DNA from: Verrucomicrobiales bacterium
GTDB lineage: Bacteria; Verrucomicrobiota; Verrucomicrobiia; Verrucomicrobiales; V1-33
Assembly (NCBI GenBank): GCA_031411295.1
Contig: JANOAV010000099.1
Coordinates: forward strand, 1 to 39,890
Direction: 5' to 3'
Length of the DNA stretch: 39,890 bases
Every line of letters begins with the position of its first letter. Within the stretch, counting starts at the first letter, position 1. The notes beneath the pieces were generated by a model that was not told the origin of the DNA, did no database searches, and saw only the letters and a program-made list of their open reading frames with translations. The position numbers and the translations under genes were made by a program. Below are positions 8,266 to 18,226 of this stretch, piece by piece.

Positions 8266-10077
8266 TTAAGCTTCCGTGCGGACGCGCTCAATGCCTGCGA
8301 TGAGTTCGCGCACCATGAAGCTCAAGCCATCAGTCTTGGTGATACTGCGGATATTACTGACGGAGAGCGCGCCCCGGAGGAGCGAGGCCAGTTGACCGTA
8401 GCCGTAGAGGCCACGGTCGTTGAGTTCGGCCACGGCTACTTTCTTGAAGCGGCCGAAAATGTTATCCAACCCATGCGGCAGCGGATGAATATGGCGCAGG
8501 TCGAGGCAACTTACTTTTTGGCCTTGGCTGCGGAGACGATCCACGGCTTCTTTAACCGGGCCGCAGGAACTGCCCCAGCTCACTACGAGCACGTCACCAC
8601 TGGTGTCACCATGGACATCAGGAGTCGGGATTTCGTCCATCAAACGAACTAGCTTGGCCCGCCGACGATTCGTCATTTCCACGTGCAACTTGGGACTGGC
8701 GGTCGGGTGGCCCCACTCGTCGTGTTCCAGACCTGTGACCACGGGATATTTGCCGCCCAGCATTTTGGTGCCTGGAGGCGCATGGCCGGTTTCGCCAGTG
8801 AGAGGATACGGTTTCCAGTTTTCGTCACGAGAAACTTGATCCAGCGTGGGCTCGGTCATCCATTCCGCCAGGCTGGGCTCCGTGAAGGCCTCGATCCGGC
8901 TGCTCAGGGATTGATCACTGAGAATAATCACGGGGCAGCTGTATTTTTTGGCGATGCGCACCGCTTCCACGGCAATGTAGAAGCAGTCTTCCACGTTCTT
9001 TGGGGCGAGGACCACGCGAGGAGCATCGCCATGACTGCCATAAATGGCCTGCATGAGATCCGATTGCTCGACGTTGGTTGGCAAGCCCGTGCTGGGACCG
9101 CCGCGTTGGACGTTGATCACGATCACAGGCAGTTCTGCCATGACCGCATAACTGAGCGCTTCCATTTTCAAGGAAAGTCCCGGACCGGCGCTCCCGGTAA
9201 CTGCAACGTGGCCAGAGTAAGCAAATCCTAACGCCATGGAAATGGCCGCAAGTTCATCTTCTGCCTGCACAAAGAGTCCGCCGTAGCGTGGCAGCTCGGC
9301 CCGGAGGCTTTCCATGATGCTGGACCATGGTGTGATCGGGTAACCGGCACCGTAACGCACGCCAGCAGCCAGCAGACCACAAACCATCATCTGGTTGCCG
9401 TCGGTGGTTAAACGATGTTCGTCTCCGGCATGACCGGGCTTAAGATGGTAGGCCTTTTTGAGATCGCCAATTTGATAGGCATAGCCACTGTCGAAGGCCA
9501 AGTTGGCCACCCGCAATACTTCTTCCTTCTTCTTGCCGAACTGGCGCTCGATGATGCCCTTCAGTTTCACCACATCCAGCCCGAAAATCTGGCACAGCAT
9601 CCCCAGCACAAAAAGGTTCTTTCCTTTATCCTTGGCCGTGCCGCCGATGGCTTCGACCGTGGCTGCCGTAATGGGCACACCCACGTAGTGGTGGTCCTTG
9701 TCTTCCAAATTCGGCTGCACATGGTCACTGTCATAGAGACAGATGCCACCTTTGCGCAGGACTTTAATATGTCCTTCGTAACTGTGTTGATAGAAGGCCA
9801 TCAGGAAATCCGCTTCATCGCCCGCGGATAAAATTTCCCCCGAACCGATATGCACCTGGAAAATGGAGGGCCCACCGGAAATGGTGGAAGGAATTGTCAT
9901 GTAAGTCATGACGTCCTGAGCAGTGCGCCCGGCTAGACGGGCCAAGAAGCCACCAATGGATTGAATTCCATCCTGCGAATTCCCTGCGAGCCGAATCACG
10001 GCGTCTTGCAGGTCTGCAGGATGGTCTGAGTTAGGAGAGGAGTCGTTGGTGGAGGGAGGAAGCGTAGAAGTGCTCAT
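8266..10077 (-). CDS. korA: 2-oxoacid:acceptor oxidoreductase alpha subunit (gamma-alpha fusion)
   Basis: GYPITP, QAEDELAA, GPGLSLKME, QRGGPSTGLPT, plus an N-terminal gamma-like domain. Confidence 0.92.
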   Translation of the reverse strand: MSTSTLPPSTNDSSPNSDHPADLQDAVIRLAGNSQDGIQSIGGFLARLAGRTAQDVMTYMTIPSTISGGPSIFQVHIGSGEILSAGDEADFLMAFYQHSYEGHIKVLRKGGICLYDSDHVQPNLEDKDHHYVGVPITAATVEAIGGTAKDKGKNLFVLGMLCQIFGLDVVKLKGIIERQFGKKKEEVLRVANLAFDSGYAYQIGDLKKAYHLKPGHAGDEHRLTTDGNQMMVCGLLAAGVRYGAGYPITPWSSIMESLRAELPRYGGLFVQAEDELAAISMALGFAYSGHVAVTGSAGPGLSLKMEALSYAVMAELPVIVINVQRGGPSTGLPTNVEQSDLMQAIYGSHGDAPRVVLAPKNVEDCFYIAVEAVRIAKKYSCPVIILSDQSLSSRIEAFTEPSLAEWMTEPTLDQVSRDENWKPYPLTGETGHAPPGTKMLGGKYPVVTGLEHDEWGHPTASPKLHVEMTNRRRAKLVRLMDEIPTPDVHGDTSGDVLVVSWGSSCGPVKEAVDRLRSQGQKVSCLDLRHIHPLPHGLDNIFGRFKKVAVAELNDRGLYGYGQLASLLRGALSVSNIRSITKTDGLSFMVRELIAGIERVRTEA

Positions 10078-10096
10078 GGTTGGTAATGGAGGCGAA

Positions 10097-10125
10097 ATTT
10101 TAATCAGACGAATTATTTATGGCAA
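10097..10125 (-). promoter_or_regulatory. Sigma70-type promoter for korAB
   Basis: Minus strand reads TTGCCA-N17-TAAAAT, about 20 nt upstream of the korA ATG. Confidence 0.6.
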
Positions 10126-10262
10126 GACTAAAAGGAGACTTTTTCTACGTAGGGGTCGGGAGGCTGAAAAGTTAGAAAAAACGCCCGCCGACCGTGGGGC
10201 GATAAATCCCCCTGACCTCAACATGTGGGGCAGTTGGTTCCAATTAGCGTTCAGGGGTGCAG

Positions 10263-11618
10263 TTAGTGGATACCGCCTTGAGCCTGGGCCTTTTGCGCTT
10301 GCTCGGGAGTCGGTGGTAGTGGTGCCTTTTTACTGGACTCACCTGTCTTGGGGACGGAATACATCACCAGATTGGCCATGATTTCCCGCATGTTGTCATT
10401 GAAGATGCCCTCTTTTCCCTGCCCGCTGTGGCCGTCGAGGATCTCTTTGGGAATACTTATAACCCAATAAGCATCACTGTAGATCACGAAATCGGCTCCT
10501 TCGTTCCCCGCCGCTTTGCGTAGCTCCCACGTTTTCCCCTGGAGCGGGATCCTCCGCACCACCTCGCCCAAGACATTTCCGCCCTGCTGCACCACTTCCT
10601 GTCCGGGCTCAGCCGGACACATCCGATGGGTAATCTGGCGTGCATCGTGCCCCGTAGTCGTCGTGTAGTAGCTTCTCTGAGATTCAAATTTTGGTTTATC
10701 ATGAATCTTCATTTCGTAATCGCGCATTTTGCCACCACCGCCAAATAGCGTCGCCAACTTCAACCCCAGCGGCCAAATACCTCCGGTAGCCGAGTCCGAT
10801 TCCGAGGTCATTGCCACCACGGCGGGAGCGGAATCCTTGGGCCAGTTAGTGAGAGCAACCTTCAATTGTCGGGCCGTGAGGGATTCGGAAGCTTGATTGA
10901 TCAGGAATACTAAATCTGCTGGCATGGGCAACCGCTGCTTAGAGCTACTAAGAGCCGAGGTGGTCACAATCGCTTGGGACATGGCATGCTCTACCACGCG
11001 GGCTCCGAAGGAATGTCCCACAATCACCGCCTTGCCTCCAGCCTTCTTGCGCGCGGCTTGCGTGAGGCTGAGCAAGGCATTGGTCAGCGGCACCCGGGCA
11101 ATCCGATCCGTTTCCGAGCGACGACTAAAGAAGCTGGGCGCAGCCAGCACGTCATTCAGCGGGCCCAGCACCTTGGATTCCTTGATTTCGCCCCCTCGCC
11201 AGCCGACGTAAACGCCGTGCACTTTGAATGAGGTAGCTTGCAATTTATCCTGAAGCGTGGCGATGAGACCGCGGAACATTTCCAAGTTTTCATCACAAGG
11301 TTGGGCATCATGCCTCCAGCCATGGACAAAGGTCACCACCAATGGCACCCCAGGCGACTGCTCCAAACGCTTGATGGCACGGCCTAATTGCTTGTGATCC
11401 CAGGCATCTCCCTGCTCGTCGAATTCCACCACACTAACATCAGAACTACTACCACTGACGCCCAGTTCGTCGCGACAGAGTTTCACCGCCCCCTGATGAT
11501 ACATTTTGTTCGGAGTGCAGGCCGTCAGGCTCATCCCCAAGGCGCATAACGTTAGTAGTGCCAAATTTCTAATGTGTCCGCGCAGCGGACGATCCGACAA
11601 TTGAGGTATCATGCGCAT
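10263..11618 (-). CDS. Putative lipoprotein with alpha/beta-hydrolase fold
   Basis: Signal peptide with lipobox LTAC, VVEFDEQG, FVHGWRHDA, and nucleophile elbow GHSFG; start codon uncertain. Confidence 0.72.
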   Translation of the reverse strand: MRMIPQLSDRPLRGHIRNLALLTLCALGMSLTACTPNKMYHQGAVKLCRDELGVSGSSSDVSVVEFDEQGDAWDHKQLGRAIKRLEQSPGVPLVVTFVHGWRHDAQPCDENLEMFRGLIATLQDKLQATSFKVHGVYVGWRGGEIKESKVLGPLNDVLAAPSFFSRRSETDRIARVPLTNALLSLTQAARKKAGGKAVIVGHSFGARVVEHAMSQAIVTTSALSSSKQRLPMPADLVFLINQASESLTARQLKVALTNWPKDSAPAVVAMTSESDSATGGIWPLGLKLATLFGGGGKMRDYEMKIHDKPKFESQRSYYTTTTGHDARQITHRMCPAEPGQEVVQQGGNVLGEVVRRIPLQGKTWELRKAAGNEGADFVIYSDAYWVISIPKEILDGHSGQGKEGIFNDNMREIMANLVMYSVPKTGESSKKAPLPPTPEQAQKAQAQGGIH

Positions 11619-11688
11619 ATGAATCCACTAGGTATCAACCAACCCATTTCTCAAGAAGAAACTTCACCTCTTTGCGAGAGGCTCCCAT

Positions 11689-13122
11689 CTATCCCAACTC
11701 AACTACTGCCGCAGCTCGCAGCAGCGTGGCTTCGCCCAAGCTGGGGCCCAGCAATTGGAGGCCGATGGGAAGCGCGGGCCGATCCGCAGTGGCCAATGTT
11801 TCCCCGCAGGGCAGACTGATACCGCAGATGCCGGAGAGGTTTGCCGCGATGGTGAAAATATCCTCCAAATACATCGTTAGGGGATCACTGGTTTTCTCAC
11901 CAATCTTGAAAGCCGGGGAGGGACACGTGGGGCAGGCTAAGAGATCTACTTTGGCGAATGCTTCCAGGAAATCCCGTTGGATAAGGGTGCGCACTTTCTG
12001 CGCCTTCATGTAAAAGGCATCGTAGAAGCCCGCACTCAGCACGTAAGTTCCGAGGATGATGCGACGTTTGACCTCGGGCCCAAAGCCTTCGTCCCGGCTG
12101 CGGCTATACAGATCAATCATGTCTTTGGGATCAGCGCAGCGATGCCCATAGCGCACGCCGTCGAACCGGGCCAAATTGGCGGAGGCCTCGGCGGTGGCAA
12201 TAATATAATAAGTCGCCACAGCGTATTCGGTATGCGGCAGCGAAACGGGCACGATCTCTGCGCCCTGCGCCTCCAGTTTCCGAATCGCCAATTCCACGGA
12301 GGCCTTCACCTCCGCATCCATGCCATCGACGAAATACTCCTGAGGCAGACCAATGCGCAGTCCTTTAACACCTTGACGCAAGGTAGCGGTGTAATCCGGA
12401 ACCGCATCCGGCAGACTCGTGCTATCATTGATGTCGCCACCAGAAATCGCTTGGAGCAGCAGGGCGGAATCCGCCACCGTGCGGGTCAGCGGGCCGATCT
12501 GATCAAGGGAGGACGCGTAGGCCACCAACCCAAAACGCGAGACGCGTCCGTAGCTTGGTTTCAGGCCCACACAGCCACACAAGGAGGCGGGTTGGCGGAT
12601 GGATCCACCGGTATCAGATCCCAGCGCAGCCACCGCTAAATTTCCCGCCACCACCGCCGCAGAACCACCGCTGGACCCGCCGGGAACCCGCGTGAGATCA
12701 CGCGGATTCTTGGTTTGCCGCAGAGCGGAATTTTCCGTGCTGGAGCCCATGGCGAATTCATCCATGTTGGTCTTGCCAAATGGGATGGCGCCCGCGGCTC
12801 GGAGCTTGGTGATGACCGTGGCATCGTAGGGCGATTGATAGTGACCGGATAAAATCTTCGAAGCGCAGGTGGTCGGCTGCCCCAGGACATTGAGATTATC
12901 TTTGATGGCAATGGGAATGCCCCCCAGCGGCAGGGAGAGATCTGCGGTGGCCGCGTCTTGCAGAGCCCGCTCCAGATCGAAGCTCAGGTAGCCGCCCAAC
13001 GCACCATCGCGAGCGAGGATGTCTTGGTGCAGACTTGTGACAATGTCAGTCGGGGATATTTCCTTGCTGAGAAGTTTGGTGCGCAGCGTGGAAATATCAA
13101 GATGATGCAAGGGGGCGGACAT
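11689..13122 (-). CDS. gatA: Asp/Glu-tRNA amidotransferase subunit A
   Basis: IAIKDN, GKTNMDEFAMGSSTENS, GGSSGGS, GSDTGGSIRQPA, NLARFDGVRYG, EVKRRIILGTYVLSAG. Confidence 0.97.
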   Translation of the reverse strand: MSAPLHHLDISTLRTKLLSKEISPTDIVTSLHQDILARDGALGGYLSFDLERALQDAATADLSLPLGGIPIAIKDNLNVLGQPTTCASKILSGHYQSPYDATVITKLRAAGAIPFGKTNMDEFAMGSSTENSALRQTKNPRDLTRVPGGSSGGSAAVVAGNLAVAALGSDTGGSIRQPASLCGCVGLKPSYGRVSRFGLVAYASSLDQIGPLTRTVADSALLLQAISGGDINDSTSLPDAVPDYTATLRQGVKGLRIGLPQEYFVDGMDAEVKASVELAIRKLEAQGAEIVPVSLPHTEYAVATYYIIATAEASANLARFDGVRYGHRCADPKDMIDLYSRSRDEGFGPEVKRRIILGTYVLSAGFYDAFYMKAQKVRTLIQRDFLEAFAKVDLLACPTCPSPAFKIGEKTSDPLTMYLEDIFTIAANLSGICGISLPCGETLATADRPALPIGLQLLGPSLGEATLLRAAAVVELG

Positions 13123-13161
13123 GCGGGACGGGGTAAATTTATAGGGAAAGAGGGGAACGAA

Positions 13162-13452
13162 TTATTCGACGACCTTGGGGACCCCAAATTGATTCTGAGC
13201 GGAGCGCGGAGCATTGAGCAGCGCTAGTTCCGCGCCAATGCCTGGGCGGGAAACATCGGGTCGCGTGACATCGGTAATGGGATTCGGGTGAGCCGTGGGG
13301 ATCACACCAGTAACATCCAGCGCGTCCAACTTGGCCACGTAGCCAAGAATCTGCTCGAGTTGCACGGCATATTCCGCCAACTCTGCTTCTGTAAGGTCCA
13401 AACGCGCGAGGTGCGCGATGGGTTTGACATTAAAATGATCTCCCTTGCTCAT
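13162..13452 (-). CDS. gatC: Asp/Glu-tRNA amidotransferase subunit C
   Basis: IAHLARLDL...LNAP...FGVPKVVE, directly upstream of gatA. Confidence 0.95.
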   Translation of the reverse strand: MSKGDHFNVKPIAHLARLDLTEAELAEYAVQLEQILGYVAKLDALDVTGVIPTAHPNPITDVTRPDVSRPGIGAELALLNAPRSAQNQFGVPKVVE

Positions 13453-13550
13453 GGTGCGCGATCTATGGCGCGGACGAGGCAGGTTGTAAATAGGGAATCC
13501 GCTTTCCGGGCCAGACCGTCCTCAAATCCTGTCCTTCCCTGGCCATTTCC

Positions 13551-13931
13551 CTACTTCGACTGGAAATCATACACCACAATTTTCTGAGCCAGCGGCTTGA
13601 GGGATTCGTTGGCGGCCTTGATGTGATCCGGGTGCGTCAGATACTGTTTCATGGCCGCCTCGTTAGGGAAAGACATGTCAAACGCGACATCGTAGGTGGA
13701 ATCCACGATGGGTCGCGCACTAGGGACACAAGTGCCCATGCTGATGGCCTGCACGCCGGGGAGGCGGCGGAGCTTGGCACCCACGTCCAGCAACTGCTTC
13801 CGCTGTGCAGCATTGCCATGATCCTTGAGCCAGACCACCACGACATGGTGGAAAAATTTTTCGTGATCGATGCTTACATTAATGGAGCAACTGGTGAGGA
13901 ACAGCAACGGAAGGAGGAGCAATGATTTCAT
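13551..13931 (-). CDS. Dabb family (stress-responsive A/B barrel) lipoprotein
   Basis: Lipobox LTSC, HVVVVWLK, YLTHPDH, IVVYDF. Confidence 0.85.
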   Translation of the reverse strand: MKSLLLLPLLFLTSCSINVSIDHEKFFHHVVVVWLKDHGNAAQRKQLLDVGAKLRRLPGVQAISMGTCVPSARPIVDSTYDVAFDMSFPNEAAMKQYLTHPDHIKAANESLKPLAQKIVVYDFQSK

Positions 13932-14044
13932 GGCAATGGAATGGGTTGAATGATAGAATCACGAAACGCTGGCGGGAGCAAGCGAATGGGAAGCCGCCGC
14001 AGAAATAGCTTGTCGGGAGCCGCGCTTTTTGAGAAACATCATCC

Positions 14045-17000
14045 ATGCGTTATTTCTCCTCCTCCCCGCGTGCCCCCCAATTCCTCAAGTTCGTGGCCGC
14101 AGCGTTCCTCGCACTTGCTTTCGCAAACGAAGCGGGCGCGCAAATTGTCATCAATGAAATTCACTTTGATCCCGACGATAACACGAAGCTGATCGAGTTT
14201 ATTGAACTGCACAATCCCACGGCAACACCGGTCTCCGTGGCGGGATGGCATTTGGAAGATGCGGTGGATTACATTATTCCGGCCGACACCACCATAGCCG
14301 CCAATGGGTATCTGGTGGTGGCGCAAAATGTGGCGGCCTTTCAAGCGCGCTTTGGCTTCACGCCGTTGGGGCCTTGGGTGGGCGCGCTCAGTGCGGATGG
14401 GGAGCGCATTCAACTGCGAAACACGACCGCCGCCCTGGTGGATGAAGTGAGTTATGGCGCTGGCTTCCCCTGGCCCACGGGATCGCGCGGCGGCGGGAAA
14501 TCGATGGAACTAATTAATCCTTCACTGGACAATGATTTGGCGGGTTCTTGGCGCGCTTCAGGCGTTGGGTTCGTCGGCTCCACACTGATCCCCGTTGGCA
14601 GCAGCGGCTGGCATTGGCGGGCGGGCTCCACCGAGGCCTCCACGCCCATCTCGGATTGGCGGAAATTCACTTTCGTGGAAGATGGCACCTGGAGCGGCGA
14701 TGTGACCCTGCCGCTGGGCTATGGAGACATTGATAACAACACCGCCAACGTGGATGTGGCCACGACCATCACTGGGATGCAGAATGGTTATCGTTCGGTA
14801 TTCCTCAGGAAAACCTTCACCATCAACCCCGGCCAAGTGCCGCCTTCGCTGAAACTTCGTTTACGTTGTGACGATGGGTGCATCGTCTGGCTCAACGGCG
14901 TGGAAATCGCGCCCCGCGTGCGCGTCGATGCCGCCACCCCAACGTTCAACACCACAGGCATGACCATCACTAATGCGGTGGAGCCTCCATTGGCATGGGA
15001 GCCGGACATTTCCATTCTCAATGCCAATAGCATTCTCCAAGTGGGGACCAACGTGATGGCGATTCAAGTCTTCAACAGCTCGCTCGCAAGCTCGGATCTT
15101 TACATCGATACCGAACTTCTCTCCGCAGCTCCGGATGACGGCACGCCGGGCGGAGCCAACTCAACCTTCGTTGCCAATGCGCCTCCAGCGATTCGGCAGG
15201 TGGAAAATCTCCCCGTGCAACCAACCGCCGGCGTGCCGGTCACAGTAACCGCCAAGGTCACTGATCCTAACGGAGTCGCCAGCGTTCAATTGCAATATCA
15301 AACGGTGGACCCCGGGGCTTACATCCGCAAGATCGATGCCGCCTACACCACGGCCTGGACGAACATCGCCATGGTGGACAATGGCACCGCTGGCGACCTC
15401 TTGGCCGCCGATGGCATTTACACGGCCGTCGTGCCGGGGACCGTGCAAACGCATCGTCGGTTGATTCGCTATCGCATCGTCGCCACCGACAGTCTTAGTG
15501 CGACCATCCGCGTGCCGTATGAGGATGATGAGCAGCCAAATTTCGCTTACTTCTGCTACAACGGCATCCCTGCCTGGACTGGGCGGAATCAGCCTCCCAG
15601 CGGCACGACCACGACCTTCCCCACCAGCTTGATGACCACCCTGCCAGCCTATTTCCTGATCGCCAATGAGACGGATGTGATCAACAGCCAATACAACAGC
15701 GCCTTCGATACCCTGCGCATGTGGGGCACCATGATCTATGAAGGGCAGGTCTATGATCATATTTTGTTTCACAACAAAGGCAGCGCCTCGACCTATCAAT
15801 CGGGCAAGAATAAATGGCGCTTTCACCTAAATCGGGCCCGGGATTTCACGGCCCGTGACTCTTGGGGGAAAACATATGCCAGCCCCTGGGACACCTTCAC
15901 CATGCACGCCTGCGCCAGTCCGTGGAACCCAGTCTTCCGAGGCTGGGCGGGCTTGGATGAAGTGGTCTCCGCCCGCGTCTATCAACTCGCTGGCGTGCCC
16001 GCATCCAACATGCATCATTTGCAATTCCGCGTCATTCGTCGCGCCAATGAATCTGCGGCGGCGGGCACCACCGTGACGGATCCGATGGGAACCTCCGGCA
16101 GTCTGGACGGTCAATATTCCGGGGATCTCTGGGGACTTTATATGGCGATCGAAGATCCCGACGGCTCCTTCCTAGATGATCACGGATTCCCGGACGGCAA
16201 CGTTTACCATATTGCTAGTAATGCGGGCGACAAGACGCATCAGGGACTCAACCAGCCCACCACCACCGCCGACTGGGACACCTTCCGCAATGCCTCCCAA
16301 GCCAATACCGTGGACAATCCAACTAACGAAGCCTGGTGGCGCGCGAATCTGGACATCAATGTGTATGCCAGTTTCCATGGGGGGAACCGCATCACTGGAA
16401 ACGTGGATTTACGCGAAGGCTGGAACCACTATTTCTATCATCGTTCCAGCGATAACCGATTCCTGCCCGTCCCGTGGGATTTGGATATGATGTATTTCCC
16501 GGAAACCCACTGGAGCGGCACCATCGATCAAAAGAACTGCCTGCTGATGGCGAACATCAGTCGCGATGCCAAGAATCGGATGCGGGAAATGTTGGATCTC
16601 TTATGTGAGGACGCCAGTGCCACCGGGGGCCAATTCGCGCAGATCGTCAGGGAGTATAAATCCATCATTCGGCCGGCCGGCCATGCCGCTGGCTGGGATT
16701 TGATGGACCAATACCTGTGGAACTACCATCCCCGCACCACCGGAGGACATCTGGGCCGATTCTATGGACCGAATCCCACCACGGATGGCCGCATCGGTGG
16801 AACGTGGACGCGCACTTACACCACCGCTGATTTCTCCGGGATCTGCGACTACATGGTGGCCTATGCCACGGATACCGATCCCGATGCCTTTGCTATAGGC
16901 GATGGCGATCAGCGCGGCTATGCTTACAACTATTTGGAACTGGAAGCCGCCGATGCCGCCATCCCGAATCGCCCTAGCCTCGCTTCTATTGGATCCGTTA

Positions 17001-18226
17001 ACTATCCTGCCAACGATCTTCGTTTCCGCGCCAGTGCGTTTACCGATCCGCAGGGCAATGGCACCTTCGCCAGCATGGAATGGCGCTTGGGGGAAATCGC
17101 TGCACCCGGTGTCACAGGCTACGTGGCGGGCGATCCCTACACCTATGAAATGACCACCGTTTGGACCTCGGGAGAGCTTCCCATTTACGCCAGCGATATC
17201 CGTGTGCCCGGCAGCATAGCGCGCCCGGGCCACACCTACCGGGCTCGCGTGCGCCTGAAGGATAACACGGGACGGTGGAGTCGCTGGTCTCCGGCGGTGC
17301 AATTCGTGGCCAGTGTGCCCAATGTGGACACGTATGTTTCCAGTCTGGTGATCACAGAATTTCTCTATGCGCCCACGCCGGTCACTCCCGCTGAGTTTGC
17401 CGCTGGCTATGTTGATAGCGATTTCGAATACATTGAACTTCGTAATGTCAGCACGACCCCGCTGGACCTAACCGATGTGCGTTTCACCAAGGGGATCGAC
17501 TTCGATTTCCCAGTTGGTTACACGCTGGCCCCTGGAGCCGCCGCACTCGTCGTAAAGAACCTGGCTGCGTTCAACTCACGTTACGGCAGCGGCAAACCCA
17601 TTGCCGGAGTCTTCCTGTCCGGATCGCTCAACAACGGCGGGGAAGAAATTAAATTGAGCTATGGCGCAGGCACCACCATCCGCACGTTCACTTACACTAG
17701 CCTTGCTCCCTGGCCCGCCATCGGCACTACCGGTGCCAGCCTCGTGCTGCGCAATCCTTATGCACTGCCGGATCATGCCCTGCCGGAAAACTGGCGCGCC
17801 AGTCTGGCCACTGGAGGCGACCCCGGAGGCGTGGACAGCCTCGGCTTCGCACAATGGGCCAGCCCGTATGGCGTAACTGCGGCCGGCTCTGATGAAGACC
17901 ACGATGGCCTGACCAATCTCATGGAATACGCCTTCGGCGGAAATCCCGGTCAGCCTAACACTGGCCGACTTCCCGTAGGCTCGTTCCAGAGCTTTGTAGT
18001 TCAAGGCTCCCCCTCCACCTGCCTCACGGTTTCCTTCCGCCGCGTGCTCATGGCTGATGACATCATTTATCACCCCATGTTCTCCACGGACCTGAACGAT
18101 TGGGCCGAAGACGGCGTGCTGGTTTCCTCCACGCCCAATGGCGATGGCACCGTCACCGACCTCTACCGCAGCCGCGAGCCCGCCAACCAACGCGGCTATG
18201 TCAAAGTGGGGGTGGAGTTGCGCTAA
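14045..18226 (+). CDS. Secreted lamin-tail-domain / CotH kinase-like multidomain protein
   Basis: Signal peptide; lamin-tail domains (IVINEIHFDP..EFIELHN and LVITEFLY..EYIELRN); jelly-roll insert (DDGCIVWLNGVE); CotH-like core (KNKWRFHLN, GLYMAIEDPD, NHYFY, PWDLD); C-terminal DHDGLTNLMEYAFGGNP domain. Confidence 0.85.
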   Translation: MRYFSSSPRAPQFLKFVAAAFLALAFANEAGAQIVINEIHFDPDDNTKLIEFIELHNPTATPVSVAGWHLEDAVDYIIPADTTIAANGYLVVAQNVAAFQARFGFTPLGPWVGALSADGERIQLRNTTAALVDEVSYGAGFPWPTGSRGGGKSMELINPSLDNDLAGSWRASGVGFVGSTLIPVGSSGWHWRAGSTEASTPISDWRKFTFVEDGTWSGDVTLPLGYGDIDNNTANVDVATTITGMQNGYRSVFLRKTFTINPGQVPPSLKLRLRCDDGCIVWLNGVEIAPRVRVDAATPTFNTTGMTITNAVEPPLAWEPDISILNANSILQVGTNVMAIQVFNSSLASSDLYIDTELLSAAPDDGTPGGANSTFVANAPPAIRQVENLPVQPTAGVPVTVTAKVTDPNGVASVQLQYQTVDPGAYIRKIDAAYTTAWTNIAMVDNGTAGDLLAADGIYTAVVPGTVQTHRRLIRYRIVATDSLSATIRVPYEDDEQPNFAYFCYNGIPAWTGRNQPPSGTTTTFPTSLMTTLPAYFLIANETDVINSQYNSAFDTLRMWGTMIYEGQVYDHILFHNKGSASTYQSGKNKWRFHLNRARDFTARDSWGKTYASPWDTFTMHACASPWNPVFRGWAGLDEVVSARVYQLAGVPASNMHHLQFRVIRRANESAAAGTTVTDPMGTSGSLDGQYSGDLWGLYMAIEDPDGSFLDDHGFPDGNVYHIASNAGDKTHQGLNQPTTTADWDTFRNASQANTVDNPTNEAWWRANLDINVYASFHGGNRITGNVDLREGWNHYFYHRSSDNRFLPVPWDLDMMYFPETHWSGTIDQKNCLLMANISRDAKNRMREMLDLLCEDASATGGQFAQIVREYKSIIRPAGHAAGWDLMDQYLWNYHPRTTGGHLGRFYGPNPTTDGRIGGTWTRTYTTADFSGICDYMVAYATDTDPDAFAIGDGDQRGYAYNYLELEAADAAIPNRPSLASIGSVNYPANDLRFRASAFTDPQGNGTFASMEWRLGEIAAPGVTGYVAGDPYTYEMTTVWTSGELPIYASDIRVPGSIARPGHTYRARVRLKDNTGRWSRWSPAVQFVASVPNVDTYVSSLVITEFLYAPTPVTPAEFAAGYVDSDFEYIELRNVSTTPLDLTDVRFTKGIDFDFPVGYTLAPGAAALVVKNLAAFNSRYGSGKPIAGVFLSGSLNNGGEEIKLSYGAGTTIRTFTYTSLAPWPAIGTTGASLVLRNPYALPDHALPENWRASLATGGDPGGVDSLGFAQWASPYGVTAAGSDEDHDGLTNLMEYAFGGNPGQPNTGRLPVGSFQSFVVQGSPSTCLTVSFRRVLMADDIIYHPMFSTDLNDWAEDGVLVSSTPNGDGTVTDLYRSREPANQRGYVKVGVELR

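Noticed and set aside
7373..8269. 298-aa plus-strand ORF, and similar long antisense ORFs (5694-6341, 11977-12639, 22026-22805, 23888-24724, 26625-27320)
   Set aside because: They lie opposite well-supported genes, have no recognisable motifs and are expected in GC-rich DNA.
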